A stretch of 59,134 nt of DNA from Burkholderiaceae bacterium (lineage in GTDB: Bacteria > Pseudomonadota > Gammaproteobacteria > Burkholderiales > Burkholderiaceae_B), in assembly GCA_017857895.1 (NCBI GenBank), contig JAFMCG010000001.1:1-59134 (forward strand), read 5' to 3'. The translations under genes were made by a program, and so were the position numbers. Below the pieces are notes generated by a model. The model was not told the DNA's origin and searched no databases. It saw only the letters and a program-made list of their open reading frames with translations. Below, piece after piece: positions 53,205 to 59,134 of the stretch (the stretch's first letter is position 1; every line of letters starts with the position of its first letter).

Positions 53205-53520
53205 ACAACAATGTTCAAATTTATGTTGTTGATAAGGCTGTTGATAAGCGGTTGACCAATTGAGGGCAACTACCGAAAAAAGCAATTTTTGAAAAGTTGT
53301 TCATAAAAGCCCACTGACTCAAACAGAAGTTATCCCAAACTTTTTATCATTTAAGTTATTGATTTCTATGGGTTTTTAATTATTTTCCACTTGTCCACAG
53401 GGTGTATTATCCATTACTATCTTTATATATAAAAGAAGTTAACAAAAGATAAAAAACATCCTAGCACTCCAAAACTTATCAATTGAGTTGTTATGCCATA
53501 CATTGATGTAGAACTTTTTT
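53205..53520. other. chromosomal replication origin (oriC) candidate
   Basis: DnaA-box-like TGTTGATAA (53227, 53239), TGTTCATAA (53298), TTATCCCAA (53330), TTTTCCACT/TTGTCCACA (53383-99); IHF site; trio-like and AT-rich tract 53405-53434. Confidence 0.8.
53352..53364 (-). promoter_or_regulatory. IHF binding site in oriC
   Basis: Minus strand AATCAATAACTTA is an exact match to WATCAANNNNTTR. Confidence 0.75.
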
Positions 53521-54582
53521 ATGATTGGTAAATCTTTGTTAAGGCAGTTTTTTGGTGGCTGTGTAGCCTTGCTTGGAGCATTGGTTGCAATCTATTTAGA
53601 GATACCTTTACCTTGGTTACTCGGTCCTTTGTTTTCCGTTGCGGCGTTACGTCTGGGATCCGTTCCGATCGCTAGTTCAAAAACACTTCGGTTCAGCGGG
53701 CAATGGGTTATTGGTACCTCATTAGGACTTTACTTCACACCTTCGATCTTAGACTTGGTCGTTAAACATTGGTTTGTAATCATTGTTGGCATGTTTATTC
53801 CTCTGTTATTGAGTGTGTTTGGTACTTGGATATTGTGGCGTGTGGGCCGTACAAGCTTAAAAACGGCTTGGTTCTCAGCGGCAATCGGCGGCGCCAGTGA
53901 AATGAGTCACTTGGCTGAACGCTATGGTGGTCGAGTAGACTTGGTTGCAAGTGCTCACAGTTTGCGTATATTGGCTGTTGTTATTGTCATCCCTTTTGGT
54001 TTCCAATTTTGGAACATTGCTGGTGGGAATACTGTTTTAATTACACAGTCGGTTTTTAATGTAGAGGATTTGGCTACATTAGTTTTAGGTACAACTCTTG
54101 CGGGGTGGTTATTTCAAAGACATGATCTACCGAACGCCTGGGTACTGGGACCACTGTTTATTTCGATGCTTTTAACTTTAACGGGTGTCGTTGCGACATC
54201 CATGCCATCAGAAGTCGTTAATATTGGCCAACTTCTTATAGGTTGGTCACTTGGAGATCGATACAGACCTGCTTTTTTTAAAGCAGCACCTAGATTTTTA
54301 CTAGCAACGCTTATATTTACTTTTGGTAGTTTGTTTATAGTAGCAATGTTTGGAAGTATCATCGCGCTGTACAGTGAACTACCGCTCGCCACTATTTGGT
54401 TGGGCTTGGCGCCAGGTGGGTTGGCTGAGATGGCGATTACAGCAAAGGTTCTTATGCTGGGTGTTCCTATGGTTACAGCCTTGCAGGTCACACGGATGGT
54501 GTTTGTTGTAGTCATTACGGGATGGCTCTACAATCGGGTGGTAGAGCCCATGGAAAAAAAACTGTTTCCGCCAAGCAATTAA
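53521..54582 (+). CDS. AbrB-family (putative ammonia monooxygenase-like) duplicated membrane protein
   Basis: PLPWLLGP / PNAWVLGP duplication, GQWVIG / GQLLIG, GGASEM / PGGLAEM, H..R / Q..R. Confidence 0.85.
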   Translation: MIGKSLLRQFFGGCVALLGALVAIYLEIPLPWLLGPLFSVAALRLGSVPIASSKTLRFSGQWVIGTSLGLYFTPSILDLVVKHWFVIIVGMFIPLLLSVFGTWILWRVGRTSLKTAWFSAAIGGASEMSHLAERYGGRVDLVASAHSLRILAVVIVIPFGFQFWNIAGGNTVLITQSVFNVEDLATLVLGTTLAGWLFQRHDLPNAWVLGPLFISMLLTLTGVVATSMPSEVVNIGQLLIGWSLGDRYRPAFFKAAPRFLLATLIFTFGSLFIVAMFGSIIALYSELPLATIWLGLAPGGLAEMAITAKVLMLGVPMVTALQVTRMVFVVVITGWLYNRVVEPMEKKLFPPSN

Positions 54583-54584
54583 AA

Positions 54585-54627
54585 TTATCCACAACTTGTT
54601 ATTAAGTTGCCCCCAGGCGTATCCACA
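54585..54627 (+). promoter_or_regulatory. second DnaA-box cluster upstream of mnmG
   Basis: Perfect TTATCCACA (54585-93), GTATCCACA (54619-27), degenerate TTGCCCCCA (54607-15). Confidence 0.7.
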
Positions 54628-54666
54628 TTTTAATTTATTTCTAAAGATTCTTCAGAATGATATCTT

Positions 54667-54682
54667 TGTTTCACGTGAAACA
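54667..54682. promoter_or_regulatory. parS centromere site
   Basis: Perfect palindrome TGTTTCACGTGAAACA. Confidence 0.93.
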
Positions 54683-54731
54683 TCCGATTGCTTTGACAGC
54701 GTTTAATTGTGATAAATAGGGCAGATCAAAC

Positions 54732-56651
54732 ATGTCTGTAGACTTTGATTTTGACGTTATTGTTATCGGTGGAGGCCACGCTGGCACAGAGGCCTCGCTT
54801 GCCGCGGCAAGGCGTGGTGCAAAAACTTTGCTATTGACACAAAATATTGACACACTCGGTCAAATGTCCTGTAACCCATCTATAGGCGGTATCGGCAAAG
54901 GCCATCTTGTGCGTGAAATCGACGCACTTGGTGGTGCAATGGCTTTGGCGACGGATAAAGCAGGTATTCAATTTCGCTTGCTTAACAGTTCAAAAGGCCC
55001 GGCGGTACGCGCAACTCGGGCGCAAGCTGATCGATCCCTTTATAGAAGTGCCATCCGTCACTCCTTAGAAAACCAAAAGAATCTTTTTCTCTTTCAGCAA
55101 TCTGTTGATGACCTGTTGGTCACTGGTAATAAAGTCACAGGTGTTAAAACGCAACTTGGCTTGGTATTTTCTGCTCGTGCTGTTGTTTTAACAGCTGGTA
55201 CATTTCTCAATGGCTTAATACATGTTGGTTTAAACCATTATTCTGCTGGCCGTGCTGGAGAGCCCCCGTCTAGTTCTCTAGCTCAGCGTCTAAAAGAATT
55301 GGCGCTTCCTCAAGGAAGATTAAAAACAGGTACACCGCCAAGGTTAGACAAACGATCGATAGATTTTTCCCGACTAGAGGAACAACCGGGGGACACTAAT
55401 CCAACCCCAGTATTTTCTTTCATGGGTTCTGTTGATATGCATCCGAAACAAATTTCATGTTGGATCACCCATACCAATGAACGGACTCATGACATTATTC
55501 GTGGAGGGTTAGATCGCTCACCAATGTACAGCGGGATTATTGAGGGTATCGGCCCACGCTATTGTCCATCTGTAGAAGACAAGGTTCAAAGGTTTAAAGA
55601 AAAAAACAGCCATCAGATCTTCCTTGAGCCAGAAGGTCTAGATTGCAATGAAATTTATCCTAACGGTATTTCTACCAGCTTGCCTTATGATGTTCAATTG
55701 GATTTGATTCACTCAATCCAAGGTCTTGAACGTGCCACAGTTGTTCGACCAGGATATGCGATTGAATACGATTATTTTGATCCGCGAGAGCTTAAACAAA
55801 CTCTTGAAACGAAAACAATTGATAACCTTTTCTTTGCTGGGCAAATTAATGGAACCACAGGTTATGAAGAAGCGGCTGCACAAGGATTAATTGCTGGTGC
55901 AAATGCAGCAGCTGTTTCACGTGAAACAGAGTTTTTGATTCCTACTCGCGACCAATCGTATATCGGGGTCATGATTGATGACTTAGTAACAAGTGGTGTT
56001 ACTGAACCATACAGAATGTTTACATCAAGGGCTGAATATAGACTTAGCTTGAGAGAAGACAATGCTGATTGGCGGTTAACAGAACAAGGTTTTAATTTAG
56101 GCTTGGTGTCTGAAGAACGATGGCGTTGTTTCGAAAAAAAACGTAGTGTGGTTAGTGGTGAAGTCAATCGACTTAAGAAAACGTGGGTTCAGCCTGACAA
56201 GGTTTGTCCAGAAAAAGCGCTCCAACTCTTTGGGCAACCATTAGAGAGAGAGTATGCACTGGTAGATTTGTTAAAAAGACCTGGTATCACCTATGGTGCT
56301 GTAATTGCTTTTTCAACCACGGATGTTTCACGTGAAACTGCTCTTCAACTATCTGATGTCGATGCTGAGCAAGTAGAGGTTCAAATCAAGTATGAAGGTT
56401 ACATCGCACGTCAAAAGCAAGACATTGATCGTCAACGACTGGTTGGTGATCAGGTTCTGCCAAAAGATCTAGACTATATGAATATTTTAAGCTTGTCGTA
56501 CGAAGTAAGACAAAAATTCGACAAACACCGGCCAAGCTCCTTTGAAGAAGCCGCAAAAATATCTGGTGTTACGCCGGCAGCCATATCAAGCCTAATGATT
56601 CATTTAAAAAAAATCGGTCATAAAAACCGATCTAAACAGCGTGATTCATGA
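54732..56651 (+). CDS. mnmG: tRNA uridine 5-carboxymethylaminomethyl modification enzyme MnmG (GidA)
   Basis: [58 protein letters not shown]. Confidence 0.98.
   Translation: MSVDFDFDVIVIGGGHAGTEASLAAARRGAKTLLLTQNIDTLGQMSCNPSIGGIGKGHLVREIDALGGAMALATDKAGIQFRLLNSSKGPAVRATRAQADRSLYRSAIRHSLENQKNLFLFQQSVDDLLVTGNKVTGVKTQLGLVFSARAVVLTAGTFLNGLIHVGLNHYSAGRAGEPPSSSLAQRLKELALPQGRLKTGTPPRLDKRSIDFSRLEEQPGDTNPTPVFSFMGSVDMHPKQISCWITHTNERTHDIIRGGLDRSPMYSGIIEGIGPRYCPSVEDKVQRFKEKNSHQIFLEPEGLDCNEIYPNGISTSLPYDVQLDLIHSIQGLERATVVRPGYAIEYDYFDPRELKQTLETKTIDNLFFAGQINGTTGYEEAAAQGLIAGANAAAVSRETEFLIPTRDQSYIGVMIDDLVTSGVTEPYRMFTSRAEYRLSLREDNADWRLTEQGFNLGLVSEERWRCFEKKRSVVSGEVNRLKKTWVQPDKVCPEKALQLFGQPLEREYALVDLLKRPGITYGAVIAFSTTDVSRETALQLSDVDAEQVEVQIKYEGYIARQKQDIDRQRLVGDQVLPKDLDYMNILSLSYEVRQKFDKHRPSSFEEAAKISGVTPAAISSLMIHLKKIGHKNRSKQRDS
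55913..55928. promoter_or_regulatory. parS site inside mnmG
   Basis: TGTTTCACGTGAAACA, encodes VSRET. Confidence 0.9.
56324..56339. promoter_or_regulatory. parS site inside mnmG (one terminal mismatch)
   Basis: TGTTTCACGTGAAACT, encodes VSRET. Confidence 0.85.
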
Positions 56652-57351
56652 CACACCTACCCACGTGGTAGAGCAATCAAGCAAAGAAATTTTGATCAAA
56701 GCACTTTCTGCTCTTAACCTTGGTCACAGCGCTGATGAAGAGAGAGATAGGTATAAAGTTGATCAAATTCTATCTTTTGTTGCAATGATGCTTAAGTGGA
56801 ATCAAACATACAACCTAACAGCGCTTAAGAGCGTATCGGCTGTGTTAAATCAACATATTATTGACAGCCTTACCGTCATACCTAATTTAGAGACGCACTT
56901 TCGTAAAAAAAATATCCCGTCACCATCAATATTAGACGTCGGATCGGGAGCGGGCCTACCTGGCATTGTTCTTGCCATTATGAGGTCCAACTATAAAATT
57001 TGTTGTTTAGATGCTGTTGAAAAAAAGACGGCATTTGTTTCAGCTGTAAAAGGCCAGCTCGGCTTAAAAAACCTCAGCGCCAAGCACGCGAGGGTTGAGC
57101 AATTGGAGCCAGTGCAAGCAGATGTCGTTGTTTCAAGAGCGTTTGCTTCTATCAGCGACTTTGTTGAGTTGGCTCAGAAACACGTTACAGAAAGTGGTCG
57201 CTTGGTCGCCATGAAAGCCAAAGGCGTAGAAGATGAAGTTAACGAAATGAATCAACGATTTCCTTGTTGGAAGGTGGCGGCAATAGAACAACTCGACGTG
57301 CCAGAAAATAATGTGGCGCGGTGCTTAGTTTGGTTACAAAAGGATAAATAA
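56641..57351 (+). CDS. rsmG: 16S rRNA m7G527 methyltransferase RsmG (GidB)
   Basis: [30 protein letters not shown]; start uncertain (GTG). Confidence 0.93.
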   Translation: MIHDTPTHVVEQSSKEILIKALSALNLGHSADEERDRYKVDQILSFVAMMLKWNQTYNLTALKSVSAVLNQHIIDSLTVIPNLETHFRKKNIPSPSILDVGSGAGLPGIVLAIMRSNYKICCLDAVEKKTAFVSAVKGQLGLKNLSAKHARVEQLEPVQADVVVSRAFASISDFVELAQKHVTESGRLVAMKAKGVEDEVNEMNQRFPCWKVAAIEQLDVPENNVARCLVWLQKDK

Positions 57352-57353
57352 AA

Positions 57354-58154
57354 GTGAGTCAAACCAGTGGTCGCCAAACGCCTAAAATATTTTGTATTGC
57401 CAACCAAAAAGGGGGTGTTGGAAAAACAACCACCGCCATCAATTTATCAGCCGCATTGGCCCAACACAATCAAAAGGTTTTGTTAATTGACCTTGACCCT
57501 CAAGGCAATGCAACGATGGGCAGTGGTATAGACAAAGCAACCCTGCAGCACAACATTTACGATGTTCTGATCAGTCAAGCCACATTGTCAGAGGCGACTG
57601 TTTACTCAGAGGCAGGACAATACGATGTTTTGCCCTCAAATCGAGAGCTATCTGGTGCAGAAATTGATTTGGTTGGCATGAAAGACCGTGAGAAACGCCT
57701 TAGTTTGGCAATATCTGAAAGCCAGAGACAATACGACTACGTTCTTATTGATTGTCCACCAGCGTTGTCACTATTAACGCTTAATGGGTTTTCAGCTGCA
57801 AACGGCGTAATTATCCCCATGCAATGTGAATATTTTGCACTCGAAGGTTTGTCAGATTTGGTGAATACAATCAAAAGAGTCCATCGCAATTTGAATCCAA
57901 AATTGAACTTGATCGGATTGTTGCGAGTCATGTTTGACTCGCGCGTAACGCTTCAGCAACAAGTCTCGGACCAGCTCGATGCACACTTTAAAGAAAAAGT
58001 ATTTTCAACAATTATTCCCAGAAACGTTCGACTTGCAGAAGCCCCAAGTCACGGTATGCCAGGCGTCAATTACGACAAAGCCTCGAGAGGGGCAAAAGCC
58101 TATCTGAACTTTGCCCAAGAGTTAATCGATCGTGTAAAAACAGCGAGCGTTTAG
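57354..58154 (+). CDS. parA: chromosome partitioning ATPase ParA
   Basis: ANQKGGVGKTTT, DLDPQGNAT, IDCPP, QCEYFALEG, IPRNVRLAEAPSHG. Confidence 0.96.
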   Translation: MSQTSGRQTPKIFCIANQKGGVGKTTTAINLSAALAQHNQKVLLIDLDPQGNATMGSGIDKATLQHNIYDVLISQATLSEATVYSEAGQYDVLPSNRELSGAEIDLVGMKDREKRLSLAISESQRQYDYVLIDCPPALSLLTLNGFSAANGVIIPMQCEYFALEGLSDLVNTIKRVHRNLNPKLNLIGLLRVMFDSRVTLQQQVSDQLDAHFKEKVFSTIIPRNVRLAEAPSHGMPGVNYDKASRGAKAYLNFAQELIDRVKTASV

Positions 58155-58232
58155 CCATGTGTTGGCAGTAATGACTAAATCATAAATAATGAATGATCGA
58201 ATTAATAAATCAGCCAAACAGAGGTAAAACCA

Positions 58233-59134
58233 ATGGTAACAAAACCGAAACGACCCAAAGGCCTTGGGCGAGGCTTAGATGCTTTGTTGGGGGAAGATAC
58301 AAATGCACTGGACAATTTGGGACAGGATGCTGTGGCCGGCAACCTTATGCAATTGCCGACAAGTGTTTTGCAGGCAGGCAAGTATCAACCACGCACGTTA
58401 ATGGACGAAGACAGTATCAAAAGCTTGGCAGCATCAATTAAACAGCAAGGGCTGATGCAACCGATTATCGTTCGTAAACTTGCAGGAAATGAAGGTCTTT
58501 ACGAAGTGATAGCCGGCGAAAGGCGATTACGTGCGGCAAGACTTGCCCAACTTGATATCGTTCCAGTAATCATTAAGGATGTAGACGACGAAAATGCCGC
58601 TGTCATGGCTCTTATCGAAAACATTCAACGTGAAGACTTAAATCCGCTTGAAGAGGCAAGAGGATTAAAGCGATTATTAGATGAGTTTGCTTTAACCCAC
58701 GAACAAATATCCGACATTATTGGAAGATCGCGGTCTGCCACCAGTAACTTGCTTAGACTGTTGAACTTAGCCATGCCAGTTCAGGAAATGTTGCTTAGCA
58801 ATAAAATCGATATGGGCCATGCTAGGGCTTTATTGTCGCTAACAGCAGCTGAGCAAATACAAATCGCACACCAAATTATCGCTAAGACACTATCTGTGCG
58901 TGAGACAGAGCGCTTGGTAAATCAAGGACTTAAAGATAAAACAAAGGAAGCTAAGAAGTCCTTGCCCCAAAGTGCTGATGTTGCCAAAATGCAAAATGCA
59001 CTGGCTGACCGACTAGGCACAGCAGTGAATTTGAAGGCGAATGCAAAAGGCAAGGGAAAACTGATCGTTGAATTTCATGATTGGGATCAGTTTCAAGGAC
59101 TTCTAGACAAACTAAAGCTACAAGATTTGCTTGA
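58233..59134 (+). CDS. parB: chromosome partitioning protein ParB (truncated by the window end)
   Basis: ATG 58233: MVTKPKRPKGLGRGLDALLG..., YQPR, IAGERRLRAA, ALIENIQREDLNPLEEA; no stop before 59134. Not in the ORF track. Confidence 0.95.
   Translation, partial: MVTKPKRPKGLGRGLDALLGEDTNALDNLGQDAVAGNLMQLPTSVLQAGKYQPRTLMDEDSIKSLAASIKQQGLMQPIIVRKLAGNEGLYEVIAGERRLRAARLAQLDIVPVIIKDVDDENAAVMALIENIQREDLNPLEEARGLKRLLDEFALTHEQISDIIGRSRSATSNLLRLLNLAMPVQEMLLSNKIDMGHARALLSLTAAEQIQIAHQIIAKTLSVRETERLVNQGLKDKTKEAKKSLPQSADVAKMQNALADRLGTAVNLKANAKGKGKLIVEFHDWDQFQGLLDKLKLQDLL

Noticed and set aside
54693-54721. TTGACA-based sigma70 promoter for mnmG
   Set aside because: Perfect -35, but no acceptable -10 at 16-18 nt spacing.

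Overview
Core chromosomal region of a betaproteobacterium, probably Alcaligenaceae (Bordetella-like gene order rsmB-DUF4390-ntrY/plrS-ntrX/plrR-trkA-trkH; dnaA-dnaN-gyrB without recF). The right third is the replication-origin cluster: argS, gyrB, dnaN, dnaA, rpmH, rnpA, yidD, yidC, mnmE, oriC, an AbrB-family gene, mnmG, rsmG, parA and a parB that runs off the window end. It contains readable DnaA boxes, an IHF site, a DnaA-trio/AT-rich unwinding element and three parS sites, two of them inside mnmG. I saw no prophage, CRISPR array, tRNA/rRNA gene or intact transposase. The most interesting items are: (1) a divergon of circularly permuted ATP-grasp, alpha-E and transglutaminase genes with two nearly identical back-to-back sigma54 promoters and crossed NtrC-like enhancers, followed by an MFS transporter and an uncharacterised DUF2868 + DUF3482-GTPase pair; (2) a topoisomerase III with a histone-H1-like lysine-rich tail two genes upstream of a SET-domain methyltransferase; (3) an unannotated leuA leader peptide with CUA-CUA-CUA and pseudoknot-type helices but no terminator; (4) a possibly split origin; (5) an orphan IS200/IS605-end-like palindrome and a near-perfect SP6 promoter match. 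All family assignments come from motif recognition by eye; no database searches were run.
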